Positions 10,365 through 20,561 of a stretch of 64,000 nt of DNA are shown here, piece by piece. The number at the start of each line of letters is the position of its first letter. Position 1 is the stretch's first letter. Under the pieces are notes generated by a model. The model had not been told where the DNA came from. It was given only the letters and a program-made list of their open reading frames with translations, and did not search any database. This stretch comes from an uncultured Planctomycetia bacterium (GTDB lineage: Bacteria; Omnitrophota; Gorgyraeia; Gorgyraeales; Gorgyraeaceae). Location: NCBI GenBank assembly GCA_964566255.1, contig CAZMID010000003.1, positions 5,145 to 69,144 on the forward strand, read 5' to 3'. Position numbers and translations under genes: made by a program.

Positions 10365-10803
10365 TGATAAAAAGCGCTACCAAAATACCTATGGCTGCGC
10401 CTATAAATACCTGTATAGGCGTATGTCCTAATAACTCCATAAGTCTTTCTTGTTTAACGCCTCTTTGCAGATAAATATCCTCTATTATTTTATTCAGCAC
10501 TCCTGCCTGTCTTCCACTTTGCCTTCTTACTCCCTGCGCATCAAACATTATAATAAAAGCAAAGAAAAAAGTAACTGCGAAAAAAGCTGATGAAAAACCG
10601 AAAATAAGACCGATAGATGTAGCTAAACTAGAGACAGTCGCAGCATGAGAACTAGGCATACCACCTGCCCCTACAAACCATTTAAAGTTAAATCGCCTCT
10701 TACGTATTACGCCGATTACTACTTTTATTGTCTGCGCCAATAACCATGAAAAAAGTGCAGCCAAAAATACATCATTTTTCCCAAGGGTTACAAAAAAATT
10801 CAT
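10357..10803 (-). CDS. divergent PAP2 / DUF212 family membrane protein
   Basis: GGMPSSH, MFDAQGVR, LGHTP motifs. Confidence 0.9.
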   Translation of the reverse strand: MNFFVTLGKNDVFLAALFSWLLAQTIKVVIGVIRKRRFNFKWFVGAGGMPSSHAATVSSLATSIGLIFGFSSAFFAVTFFFAFIIMFDAQGVRRQSGRQAGVLNKIIEDIYLQRGVKQERLMELLGHTPIQVFIGAAIGILVALFING

Positions 10804-10837
10804 AGTTCCTCCTAATGTCTTACTTATAGATGATAGT

Positions 10838-10867
10838 ATTATATATAATAGATAGGTCCTATGGCAA
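10838..10867 (-). promoter_or_regulatory. putative sigma70 promoter
   Basis: TTGCCA-N18-TATAAT upstream of AGGAGG SD of ORF ending at 10803. Confidence 0.4.
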
Positions 10868-10901
10868 GTAAAAAGGAAATCTCACTAGGTAGATTATTAT
10901 A

Positions 10902-11747
10902 TTAGAATTTCAGGGTACCGCCAATACTAAAGGCAGTTTCGTTGATAAGTCGTGCTTCAAAATTAAATAAATACCAACTCCAAAGATTTGGCATTATATC
11001 ACAGCCCAATACAGCACCAAAAATACTATCATCACTTGCATCAAATGTAGAGTAAAGTATACCATTTGTACTTTTTGTAAAATGGACATCGACATCTATA
11101 TCTGAAAATGTTACGCCACTATATGGAACTATATAAAAATCCTTCATTCCTATAGGAAGTATAAATTTTTTGCTGACCAATAAACTTACTTGCCAGTCTT
11201 TTATTCCAAAATCCTCATTCGTTGCATCTACAGTCTCTGCGGTATCTCCACCTATCAACATCTTTTCAATATCTAAATCAATGCTTCTATATTGTGCATC
11301 TAATGTAAACTTAACACCATGATCTATAAACTCCCATAATTTTGCCTTTATTCCTGCTGCATATATAAAACCAGGGTCTGCTTCTACAGTAACACAGTCA
11401 TCGTGCTGATCCCATTGTACGTTAAATTCAGACGAACCAACCTTTATGTAAGGTTCCAATACATTATAAAAATTATTTGATATTTTAAACATATAACTAG
11501 TTCCGTCCAATACAGCACCGTTAACATCAGCAGGGGATGAAGTAAGGTCTCTACTGAACATATACTCTGCATCTACACTAGCTTTTATACTCACACCGGA
11601 CTCATAGCAGTCAAGGGTCTGACTTATAGCTAAATCTCTAAAACACAATGATTCTTCTGGTATGCTAATTTCAGGACCTCCTACCGTTGCTGCCAGGGAA
11701 GGTACAGTAAAACTCAAGAAAAATAAAACTATTAGTATTTTTTTCAT
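10902..11747 (-). CDS. outer-membrane beta-barrel porin, chlamydial MOMP-like
   Basis: signal peptide then TVGGP; DWQVSL, VPYSGV, EARLINE; terminal Phe; paralog of next gene. Confidence 0.7.
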   Translation of the reverse strand: MKKILIVLFFLSFTVPSLAATVGGPEISIPEESLCFRDLAISQTLDCYESGVSIKASVDAEYMFSRDLTSSPADVNGAVLDGTSYMFKISNNFYNVLEPYIKVGSSEFNVQWDQHDDCVTVEADPGFIYAAGIKAKLWEFIDHGVKFTLDAQYRSIDLDIEKMLIGGDTAETVDATNEDFGIKDWQVSLLVSKKFILPIGMKDFYIVPYSGVTFSDIDVDVHFTKSTNGILYSTFDASDDSIFGAVLGCDIMPNLWSWYLFNFEARLINETAFSIGGTLKF

Positions 11748-11768
11748 ATTTTCACCTAATTATATTTT

Positions 11769-12632
11769 TTAAAATTTCAATGTACCGCCAAACGTCAACG
11801 CAATTTCATTTAAAAATCTAGCTTCTATGCTATAAATAAAAGAGCTTCTTAAACTCGACATGATGTCGAATCCCATGAAAAAACCACCTACATCGTCGTT
11901 ACTTGCATCAAAAAGTGAAAACTCAGAGACAGCAAAACCAGACTCTTTAAAAGACACATCCACAGTAGAATCAGACATACTCACACCAGTATAAGGTACT
12001 ACATAAATACTTTGCCATCTTAATGGGACCTCAAATTTTTTACTTAATGCAAGTGAGGCCTGCCATTCCTCTATCTTAAAAATAGCTCCAGAATCACTTA
12101 CAGTCGCACCTTCTCGTGTCATCTCTTCCACATCAAGATCTGCAATCCTGTACTGACTATCTGCAGTTAAGCGAATACCCCAAGCATCAAAATCCCACAA
12201 AACTAACTTTGCACCACCGCCCCATGTAAAACCAGAATCACTCTCAACTTCTAGATTATGCGCATCATTTTGTTTCCATTTCACTTCTAAATTAGAAGTG
12301 CCAAGTTTAATATATGGTTCAATTTTGTTAAAAATAGTAGCCCCTATCTTTGCCATGTACCACTGACCTTCTAACTCAGCACCTTCTATCTCAACAGGAG
12401 CTTTTAGGTCTTTTTCAAGTACAAATTCTGCATCAAAGGATACCTTCAGCTTAAAGGCCTCTTCATATTCATCTAGGGTATCGTCTATAACCTGTTGACG
12501 TAATATACTAGACATAGTAGGTACATCTAGATCAAGTGGATTACCTACAGTAGCGGCATGGGATGTTGTACTAATCATAAATATAGCCACCAATAATAAA
12601 AAAGATATAATATAGATACTTCTTGTATTCAT
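11769..12632 (-). CDS. outer-membrane beta-barrel porin, chlamydial MOMP-like
   Basis: mature N-terminus TVGNP; EWQASLALS, PYTGV, EARFLNE; terminal Phe. Confidence 0.75.
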   Translation of the reverse strand: MNTRSIYIISFLLLVAIFMISTTSHAATVGNPLDLDVPTMSSILRQQVIDDTLDEYEEAFKLKVSFDAEFVLEKDLKAPVEIEGAELEGQWYMAKIGATIFNKIEPYIKLGTSNLEVKWKQNDAHNLEVESDSGFTWGGGAKLVLWDFDAWGIRLTADSQYRIADLDVEEMTREGATVSDSGAIFKIEEWQASLALSKKFEVPLRWQSIYVVPYTGVSMSDSTVDVSFKESGFAVSEFSLFDASNDDVGGFFMGFDIMSSLRSSFIYSIEARFLNEIALTFGGTLKF

Positions 12633-12692
12633 TACGAATACCCTTTCTATGAACTATAATAAAATATAGTATTTTATCTTAATTTATAATGA

Positions 12693-12721
12693 AGTATACA
12701 TTATGATATCTAAGTTGTCAA
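12693..12721 (-). promoter_or_regulatory. near-consensus sigma70 promoter for the porin pair
   Basis: TTGACA (12721-12716), N17, TATACT (12698-12693). Confidence 0.65.
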
Positions 12722-13866
12722 GTTTTGGGGAGGTTAAATATGAAACTGGAGCCTTTACCAGGAAAGCTTTCTACTCGTATACGACCTTTATGAAGAGTTA
12801 TAATGTCTTTTACTATTGGAAGGCCTAAGCCTGTTCCTTCTTTTTTCTCACGCATCAAACTTACAAACTTATCAAAAATCTTATCCACTTCTTCCTTATC
12901 CATCCCTAAGCCAGTATCCTTCACTTCTGCCTGAATCTCATCCTGAAGCTCAGTTATCCTTATGGTAATAGAACCTTCATCAGTAAACTTTAAGGCATTT
13001 CCTATCAAATTCACAAACACCTGGGTTAATTTATCTTTATCAGCATTAATAACAATAGAATCTGTAGAAATCTCTTTTTTTATGTCTATTTTTTTGTTTT
13101 TGGCTAATTTCTCAAAACCTTTTACAGCCTCTTTAGCAAGTTTTACTATATCCAGTTTTTCTTTACTGAGTTGTATTTTACCTGATTCTATCTTTGAAAG
13201 ATCTAATAAATCATTCACGAGTCTTGTAAGTCTATTTAACACCCTAAAAACATCGTCTAATATCTCTTTCTGCTTTGGTTGAATAGTACCTGCAAAACCT
13301 TTTTCAATATTATCTAGATTACCTTTTACTATACTTAAGGGGGTTCTTAATTCATGAACTACATTTATTACAAAGTCTGATTTCATTCTATCCAATTCCA
13401 TTAGTTTTGAATTTGTCTTTTCCAATTCATCTTTTTTTAAGGCTATCTCTTTTTGAAGTCGGTCTCTTTCAAGTCTGGCCCTAAATTCTGCTATTGTCTT
13501 TTTAATCATTAAAGGCACTGAATCTTCGTAATTTTCCCTCTTTGGTAAATAATCAAAAGCCCCTTCCTTTATAAGCCTTACTGCAACTGCCTCATCTCCC
13601 TGGCCTGTCATTATAACTACTGGTATTTCTATTTTTTCTGCCTTGATTTCTTCTAACGTCTGAAGTCCACTTTTTTTAGGAAGATTGTAATCTAAAAGAA
13701 CTATATGATATAAGTCCTTTTTTAAATGAGAGACTGCTTCTTCGCCTGAAGCGACATGGGTAATTTTGTATTCAAAGGAAGCTTCCCTCTGAAGTTTTTT
13801 CTGGACTATGAGGGCGTCTGTAGGATTATCTTCTACTAATAAAACATTTAATTTTTCTTTGGCCAT
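12718..13866 (-). CDS. hybrid response regulator / histidine kinase (REC-HisKA-HATPase)
   Basis: LLVEDN, LLDYNLP, HELRTPL H-box, NLIGNALKF, DTGLG, GTGLGL. Confidence 0.93.
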   Translation of the reverse strand: MAKEKLNVLLVEDNPTDALIVQKKLQREASFEYKITHVASGEEAVSHLKKDLYHIVLLDYNLPKKSGLQTLEEIKAEKIEIPVVIMTGQGDEAVAVRLIKEGAFDYLPKRENYEDSVPLMIKKTIAEFRARLERDRLQKEIALKKDELEKTNSKLMELDRMKSDFVINVVHELRTPLSIVKGNLDNIEKGFAGTIQPKQKEILDDVFRVLNRLTRLVNDLLDLSKIESGKIQLSKEKLDIVKLAKEAVKGFEKLAKNKKIDIKKEISTDSIVINADKDKLTQVFVNLIGNALKFTDEGSITIRITELQDEIQAEVKDTGLGMDKEEVDKIFDKFVSLMREKKEGTGLGLPIVKDIITLHKGRIRVESFPGKGSSFIFNLPKT

Positions 13867-13886
13867 TTTAATCTACCCCTTGGAAG

Positions 13887-13915
13887 ATTGTATCACACAG
13901 ATACAATTACTTCAA
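13887..13915 (-). promoter_or_regulatory. promoter overlapped by an 8-bp inverted repeat (candidate operator)
   Basis: TTGAAG-N17-TGn-TACAAT; ATTGTATC-acaca-GATACAAT at 13887-13907. Confidence 0.5.
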
Positions 13916-13921
13916 GGTGCT

Positions 13922-14491
13922 TCAATCTTTTAAATGCACATCTGCATATACTGCCAGCATCTCCTGGATTTTTTTAGAAGGTAAAATAACAAAATAATGA
14001 TCTATTATGCAATGTGCCATTTCATGTGCAAGTATTTTTTCGTTTATAACATCTTCTAATGTATATATAGTATTTGTAGTATAGACATAAAAAGACGAGA
14101 CGTTATTGGGTTCACTGAAAATCTCTTCGTATGCTTTATCTAATGCATCTTTAGTCTTATATATATTGATACTTACTTGGATATCTGACGGATACATATC
14201 TAGTATATCTTCAACTCTATTAAAAATCGCATCAAACTTATCTGTTAATATTTCTTTTACTGAAAGTTCCATAGATGATCTATATCTCCTAGGACTATAA
14301 AAATCAGAAAATCCAAGATTTATGGATCTGTCAACTTTTTCTAAATTAACTTCATTTTCATAAAAAATAGTACAAAATCTAGTTGAAAATGTATTGCCTT
14401 TTTCTTCTTCTAGATACCCTTGAGAATATACAGGATTCACAAAGATAAAAAAACAATATACAGTTACTAGAATAATATTAATTAATCTCAT
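13922..14491 (-). CDS. exported protein with zincin-like HExxH motif
   Basis: signal peptide; ILAHEMAH followed by downstream QE. Confidence 0.7.
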   Translation of the reverse strand: MRLINIILVTVYCFFIFVNPVYSQGYLEEEKGNTFSTRFCTIFYENEVNLEKVDRSINLGFSDFYSPRRYRSSMELSVKEILTDKFDAIFNRVEDILDMYPSDIQVSINIYKTKDALDKAYEEIFSEPNNVSSFYVYTTNTIYTLEDVINEKILAHEMAHCIIDHYFVILPSKKIQEMLAVYADVHLKD

Positions 14492-15087
14492 CAGCGTCTT
14501 ATTTTAAAATATCCCAAAGCTTTTTTAAGACCTTGCTTATCTTTCTTAAGTTCTGAGACTACACCCTTTATATCTTCTTTTAAGAGCATCTCATTGTTTG
14601 TATTATCCGACAGTTTTTCTATCAAATTATCAATTTTTTCTGATACCTTGATTACATTTAAAAGCCCCATGCTAAGATCATCTGTCATATTATTGAAAGA
14701 AGTAACCAAATTTTGAAACTGATCCTTCTTCCTTATGTTTAGATTTGAATAAAGCTCTCCTGAACCAATTTTCTGGGCATGTTTCTCAAATCTATATACA
14801 GGTCCAACTAACCTATGTGTCATAAGAAGCACTATTATATAGGCTATTACAACAGAAACCAGCCCCACTATGATACCGCCAAATAATAAACCAGGAAGTA
14901 GATAGCTAGTAGTACTTTTCACAACCAATCTAGAGTTTTCAAAAGATGTCGTAAGCGTACGATTTGAAAAGATATAGACTATTATCCCAAAAATCACACA
15001 TCCTAAAGCAACCAATCCGCAAAACTTTAGTATGAACTCTGCCTGAAAAGACTTATTTATAAAATAATTCTTGCGTTTCATATTCAT
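14491..15087 (-). CDS. HAMP-domain membrane protein (MCP-like, no signalling domain)
   Basis: RKNYFINKSFQ, two TMs, THRLVGPVYRF..IRKKDQF HAMP. Confidence 0.75.
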   Translation of the reverse strand: MNMKRKNYFINKSFQAEFILKFCGLVALGCVIFGIIVYIFSNRTLTTSFENSRLVVKSTTSYLLPGLLFGGIIVGLVSVVIAYIIVLLMTHRLVGPVYRFEKHAQKIGSGELYSNLNIRKKDQFQNLVTSFNNMTDDLSMGLLNVIKVSEKIDNLIEKLSDNTNNEMLLKEDIKGVVSELKKDKQGLKKALGYFKIRR

Positions 15088-15098
15088 ATCACTCCTCC

Positions 15099-15671
15099 TT
15101 AGTTATTTGATATTATTTCTTCCAATAATGACTTATTTACCTTTATATCTGATTTTTTCTTGAGTTCTTGTATCCATTTATCCATTGCTGCTGTTTCTTT
15201 TCTTTGTCTTATAAGTGTTGCTATATCCTTTTCTACGTCTGAAAGGGACTTTTTTTCTCCGGAAGCTATATAATATTCTTCTATCTCATTGTCATATACA
15301 CGAATTGAACCCGATACCCTTCTGGCCTCTCTTTCAAGTAAAAGCCTTAAAAGTGCCTGCTCCCAGTAATTTTCAATGGTCTTCATAAAATTCTTCTCTT
15401 TATCGATATTTTGCTTTTGGGCCTCTTGGAGTAATATCTCTTTTTCCAATAAACCATCTATATATCTTTTTCTGCCGCCTTCGGTCTCTAAAAAATATAA
15501 CTTATCATGAGGTGTATGCCTTAATTCATACTTTAGATCTTCTACAGTCATCTTATAGTTATTCACATGGGCAACTACACGATTATCTCCTTCAGTTTTA
15601 TTCCCAGAACACCCAACAACAAAAGAAAACACAAAAGAAATAACCAAAATATCATAAAATACTTTTTTCAT
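15099..15671 (-). CDS. SurA-N/PrsA-like chaperone lipoprotein
   Basis: lipobox VVGC; VAHVNNYKMT; EILLQEA; WIQELKKKSDIKVN. Confidence 0.7.
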   Translation of the reverse strand: MKKVFYDILVISFVFSFVVGCSGNKTEGDNRVVAHVNNYKMTVEDLKYELRHTPHDKLYFLETEGGRKRYIDGLLEKEILLQEAQKQNIDKEKNFMKTIENYWEQALLRLLLEREARRVSGSIRVYDNEIEEYYIASGEKKSLSDVEKDIATLIRQRKETAAMDKWIQELKKKSDIKVNKSLLEEIISNN

Positions 15672-15684
15672 AGACTACCTCCTT

Positions 15685-16242
15685 CTAACTTTTTATTAAA
15701 GACATTGCTTCTGCCCTTGTTTTTGGATTTTCTTTAAAGATGCCCCTTATGGCACTTGTAACTGTTGAAACCCCTGCTTTTTTAACTCCCCTCATACTCA
15801 TACACAAATGCTCTGCCTCAATAATAACCATAACGCCCATTGGCCTGAGCTTTTTCATTACTGTATCAGCTATTTCAGTAGTAAGTCTTTCCTGAACCTG
15901 TAATCTCTTGGAAAAAATCTCTACGACCCTAGCAAGCTTACTCAATCCTGTAACCCTATTGTTTTTAGGGATATAAGCTATGTGGACCACGCCTATAAAA
16001 GGCAAAAGATGATGTTCACACATAGAATATAACGGGATACCTTTTAAAAGTACAATCTCATCGTGCTTTTCAGATAAAAGTACTTCTAGTTCTTTTGAAG
16101 GATCTTTTGAAATACCACCAAATATCTCTTCGTACATAAGAGCAACTCTTTCGGGTGTCTTTTTGAGATCTGACCTATCAGGGTTTTCTCCAATTGCTTC
16201 AAATATCATCCTTACAGCTTTTTCGATTTTGGTCTTATTCAT
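15685..16242 (-). CDS. folE: GTP cyclohydrolase I
   Basis: [38 protein letters not shown]; ATG 16242 has a GAGGAG SD (track start 16254). Confidence 0.97.
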   Translation of the reverse strand: MNKTKIEKAVRMIFEAIGENPDRSDLKKTPERVALMYEEIFGGISKDPSKELEVLLSEKHDEIVLLKGIPLYSMCEHHLLPFIGVVHIAYIPKNNRVTGLSKLARVVEIFSKRLQVQERLTTEIADTVMKKLRPMGVMVIIEAEHLCMSMRGVKKAGVSTVTSAIRGIFKENPKTRAEAMSLIKS

Positions 16243-16250
16243 ACATCTCC

Positions 16251-17645
16251 TCACTTTCCTATGCAGAATTCTGAAAATATTCTATCAAGCGCTTCTTCTG
16301 TTATGGTATGACCTGTTACTTCTCCTAAAGTCTCAATAGATGAACGCACGTAAATACTCGCACAATCCATTGGAAGCTTTCTTTTTAAAATCTCTAAGAC
16401 TTCTTCTATATCTTTAATAGAACGTCGTAATAAATTCAGCTGCCTATCATTAGAAATGCTTGCAAAATCTGCTGCTTTAGCTTTACCTTCAAATATAACA
16501 TCTTTTATCGTATTTTCCAATTTATCAATGCCTGATGAATCTAAAACTGAAGTATATACTATTGGTTTCTTAGGAAAAGATTTTCTAACCCTTTTAACAT
16601 CTATAGCTTTTTTCAAATCTACTTTATTTATAGCTATTATCACTTCTTTGTGTTTATCCTTAATATTATTCATCAGGTTTAAATCATCTTTATTTAATTT
16701 TTTTGAATAATCTAATACAAAAAGAATCAGGTCTGATGATTCTATAGAAAAATGACTCCTCTTTACACCCTCTTTTTCTATTGCACAATCTGTGGTTGTT
16801 ATCCCTGCTGTATCTGTAAGGACTAGTGGTATTCCTTTAATATTTACAATCTCTTCTATGGTATCCCTTGTAGTACCCGGTAAATGTGTAACAATAGCCC
16901 TTGATTCTTTGAGTAAGGCATTCATTAAACTTGATTTACCTACATTGGCCCTTCCACATATAACCAGTTTTATGCCTTGTCGTAAAATCTTTCCTTCGCG
17001 AGCAGAAGAGATTAATTTTTCTACAGTCTTCTTGATCTCTTTAAGCCTATTAAATATATCTTTTTTCTTTAAATTATCTATATCTTCTTCTGAAAAATCT
17101 ATGGCTAACTCAATGTGAGCCAACACATTTACTAACTTATCCCTTATATCATTAATCTTTTTTGAAAATAGTCCTCCTAGATTATCTGCTGCAACCTTTA
17201 GGCTTAAATCAGTCTTTGATCTTATTATATCTAAGACTGACTCTGCCTGAAGTATATCTATCCTTCCATTCAAAAACGCCCTCTTAGTAAATTCCCCTGG
17301 CTCTGCAAGACGAACATCATTTACTAAAACCAGATCTAAAATCTTTCTAAGGGGTACTATACCGCTATGACAATTAATTTCAACTACATCTTCTTTTGTA
17401 TAGCTCTTTGGAGCGCGCATTATTGTTAAAATTACCTCATCTATAATATCTTTTTTGTCAACAATGTGGCCATAATGGACTGTGTAGGTCTTAAAACCAG
17501 ATGGTTTTTTACCATTCCTTGGTAAAAATATCTTATCCATAATCTTAAGCGAATCTTTACCGCTAAGACGCACTATACCTATACCGCCTTCACCTATAGG
17601 AGTTGATATTGCTACAATTGTATCGTCTAATTTTATGCTGGCCAT
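16251..17645 (-). CDS. mnmE: tRNA modification GTPase MnmE
   Basis: [33 protein letters not shown]-terminus. Confidence 0.97.
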   Translation of the reverse strand: MASIKLDDTIVAISTPIGEGGIGIVRLSGKDSLKIMDKIFLPRNGKKPSGFKTYTVHYGHIVDKKDIIDEVILTIMRAPKSYTKEDVVEINCHSGIVPLRKILDLVLVNDVRLAEPGEFTKRAFLNGRIDILQAESVLDIIRSKTDLSLKVAADNLGGLFSKKINDIRDKLVNVLAHIELAIDFSEEDIDNLKKKDIFNRLKEIKKTVEKLISSAREGKILRQGIKLVICGRANVGKSSLMNALLKESRAIVTHLPGTTRDTIEEIVNIKGIPLVLTDTAGITTTDCAIEKEGVKRSHFSIESSDLILFVLDYSKKLNKDDLNLMNNIKDKHKEVIIAINKVDLKKAIDVKRVRKSFPKKPIVYTSVLDSSGIDKLENTIKDVIFEGKAKAADFASISNDRQLNLLRRSIKDIEEVLEILKRKLPMDCASIYVRSSIETLGEVTGHTITEEALDRIFSEFCIGK

Positions 17646-18967
17646 AGTATTTCTTGTTTTTTAAAAAATCTTATTGCTTCACTTACGACATAAAAAGAAC
17701 CGGTAACTAATATTAGATCTTCACTACTAGCTATATCAAGGGCTATATTTAAAGCCGTATCTACATTATCAGTTATTTTTACCTCTTTTTCAGAAAAATT
17801 CTCTTTTAAACTAATCGGATTTTTTGCGCGTTCATTACAAGATTTTGTTAAAATTACTAAATCACTAAATTTATCCAACTTGCTACTTACACCTTTTATA
17901 TCTTTATCACTTGATATACCAAATATACATATAAATCTTTTGTAAGAAAAAATATTTTTTATCGACGATAAAACTGCTGCCATACTAGCTACATTTTGTG
18001 CTCCATCTAAAACTACATAAGGCTCTTTTTGAATAATCTGTAATCTCCCAGGCCATGAAATATTTTTCAGTCCTCTTTGTATAGTATCCTCTATTATTCT
18101 TAATTCAGATTTATCCATAAATTTTGTTATAGCTATACCTAAAGCTGCATTCTCAACCTGATGAGAACCTAATAAATTTAATTCTAGATTTTTATATGAA
18201 TAACTAGAGCTATCCAGATTAAAAACTTGATGAGTATCATTTGAATCGATAATATTATAATTTATATCTTTGGTTACCTCATATAAGGGGAGATTTTTTT
18301 CCTTACAAACTCTTCTTATAACTGATATTACTTCTTTTTTCTGATGAGACGTAAATATAGCTTCAGGATTTTTTATAATACCAGCTTTTTCCTTTGTAAT
18401 CTCTTCTAAGGAATTACCTAATTTATCAGTATGCTCTAAACTGATGCTTGTTATGCCACAAATAATAGATTCTGTAACATTTGTTGCATCTAACCTACCA
18501 CCAAGTCCTGTTTCTAAGATAGCTATATCTATATTTTCCTCTTTAAAATATAAAAAACTACACGCTGTGAGAATCTCAAAGAAAGATAACTTACCTAAGG
18601 TTTCATGATCTCTAAATTCTTCGGCAACTAACTTTATTCTTTCAATGAGTTCTATAAATCTATCTTTGGGTATAACACATTCACCGAAAATCCTAATCCT
18701 TTCTCTTATATCCAAAAGATGAGGAGAGGTATATAATCCTACACGATATCCAGCTTCTTTTAAAATAGAACTTATGATAACGCACGTTGAGCCCTTGCCT
18801 TTAGAGCCGGCTATATGTACTATCTTAATGCCTTGATGAGGGTTTCCTAAACGCTCCAGGAAAGCATACATCCTCTCTAATCTAAAACTTGAGGCATAAC
18901 TATATTTTGGGATTTTTTCAAAATTTATGAAGGAATCGATATAGTCAATGGTTCTTATGTAATCCAT
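17633..18967 (-). CDS. folC: bifunctional folylpolyglutamate/dihydrofolate synthase
   Basis: HIAGSKGKGS, YTSPHL, ETGLGGRLDATN, WPGRLQ, TGSFY; ATG 18967 preferred to avoid overlap with purH. Confidence 0.93.
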   Translation of the reverse strand: MDYIRTIDYIDSFINFEKIPKYSYASSFRLERMYAFLERLGNPHQGIKIVHIAGSKGKGSTCVIISSILKEAGYRVGLYTSPHLLDIRERIRIFGECVIPKDRFIELIERIKLVAEEFRDHETLGKLSFFEILTACSFLYFKEENIDIAILETGLGGRLDATNVTESIICGITSISLEHTDKLGNSLEEITKEKAGIIKNPEAIFTSHQKKEVISVIRRVCKEKNLPLYEVTKDINYNIIDSNDTHQVFNLDSSSYSYKNLELNLLGSHQVENAALGIAITKFMDKSELRIIEDTIQRGLKNISWPGRLQIIQKEPYVVLDGAQNVASMAAVLSSIKNIFSYKRFICIFGISSDKDIKGVSSKLDKFSDLVILTKSCNERAKNPISLKENFSEKEVKITDNVDTALNIALDIASSEDLILVTGSFYVVSEAIRFFKKQEILWPA

Positions 18968-18977
18968 TAAACATCGC

Positions 18978-20546
18978 TCAATGTTTAAAGTGCCTGGCAC
19001 CAGTAAAAACCATACTTATGCCAGCTTCATCACATGATTTTATAACAGATTCATCGCGTATGGATCCGCCTGGTTGGATAATGCTGGTTATACCTGCTTT
19101 TTTAGCCTCTTGGATAGCATCTTCTTTTGGGAAGAACGCATCACTTGCACAAATAGATCCCTTACATCGGCCATTTGATTTTCTGATGGCAATTATCATT
19201 GAATCTACCCTGGACATCTGTCCTGCACCAATACCAATGGTCTTTGTATCACTACACAAGACTATTGCATTGGAACGAACGTGTTTTACTATCTTCCATC
19301 CAAAAAGAAGAGATTTTATTTCTTGAGGAGTTGGTTTTTTCTTAGTAGCTATTTTTAAATCTTTTTCTTCTATATTTAAAATATCTCTATCTTGAATGAG
19401 TAGGCCACCTACTACCTTTTTTAAATCATAATCCTTCTCTATACCCTTAAGAGGTCCTACCTCTATTAATCTCAAATTCTTCTTGGTCTTAAAAACCTCT
19501 ATTGCCTCAGGTTCATAGTTAGGTGCAATAACGCATTCGGTAAAACCTGCTGAAGTTATTGCCTCAGCCGTAGCTTTATCGCATTTTCTATTTAAGCCAA
19601 CAATACTTCCAAAGGCAGATACCCTATCACAATCCAATGCATCAATATAGGCCTTTTTTAAACTATCTCCCTGTGCTGCACCGCAAGGATTTGTATGTTT
19701 AATCACGCTCGCTGCTGGTTCCTTAAATGATTTTACTATCTCAAGGGCCGCATCGAGGTCTATTATATTATTAAAGGAAAGCTCTTTTCCTTGAAGCTGT
19801 TTAGCATTACTTATGCCAACTATATTTATATTTTTATCTCTATAAAAACCTGCCTTCTGGTGGGGGTTTTCTCCATATCTTAAAGACTGTACTTTTTCAA
19901 AAGAAAGCCCTAATGTATCAGGAAAAGACTCATCTTTAGATTCAGATTTACCATTTACTTTTTCTTTTAAATAGTTATAAATAGCTGTATCGTATTTAGA
20001 AGTTTTCTCAAATACCTCAACCCCTAATTTAAAATGCAGTTCATCTGAGATAGATCCGTTATTCTTCTTTAAATCTTGTAAAACATCCTTATACCTATCA
20101 GGATTACATAAAACTACTACGTCTTTAAAATTTTTAGCAGCCGACCTGAGCATGCTGGGACCGCCTATATCTATTTTTTCAATGGCCTCTTCAAGTTTAA
20201 CACCTTTCTTTGCAACAGTATTTTCAAATGGATATAAATTTACGACAACCATATCGATTAATTCTATTCCATGCTTTCCAACCTGCCCCATATGGCTTTC
20301 ATCTTCACGAAGCGCTAAAAGTCCTCCATGGATCTTAGGGTGAAGGGTCTTTACTCTGCCACTTAACATCTCTGGAAAACCAGTATAATCTGAAACAGAC
20401 CTTACTTTTATTCCTAAACTGGCTATAAGTTTTGCGGTGCCTCCTGTAGATAATATCTCTACACCTAGTTCATTAAGACCTTTTACGAATTCATCAAGAC
20501 CTGTCTTGTCTGATACGCTAATAAGTGCCCTTTTTACTTTACGCAT
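18978..20546 (-). CDS. purH: bifunctional AICAR transformylase / IMP cyclohydrolase
   Basis: RALISVSDK, GRVKTLHP, IDIGGP, LRYGENPHQ, ASDAFFP, RHFKH. Confidence 0.98.
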   Translation of the reverse strand: MRKVKRALISVSDKTGLDEFVKGLNELGVEILSTGGTAKLIASLGIKVRSVSDYTGFPEMLSGRVKTLHPKIHGGLLALREDESHMGQVGKHGIELIDMVVVNLYPFENTVAKKGVKLEEAIEKIDIGGPSMLRSAAKNFKDVVVLCNPDRYKDVLQDLKKNNGSISDELHFKLGVEVFEKTSKYDTAIYNYLKEKVNGKSESKDESFPDTLGLSFEKVQSLRYGENPHQKAGFYRDKNINIVGISNAKQLQGKELSFNNIIDLDAALEIVKSFKEPAASVIKHTNPCGAAQGDSLKKAYIDALDCDRVSAFGSIVGLNRKCDKATAEAITSAGFTECVIAPNYEPEAIEVFKTKKNLRLIEVGPLKGIEKDYDLKKVVGGLLIQDRDILNIEEKDLKIATKKKPTPQEIKSLLFGWKIVKHVRSNAIVLCSDTKTIGIGAGQMSRVDSMIIAIRKSNGRCKGSICASDAFFPKEDAIQEAKKAGITSIIQPGGSIRDESVIKSCDEAGISMVFTGARHFKH

Positions 20547-20561
20547 AAATTACCCCTTTCC

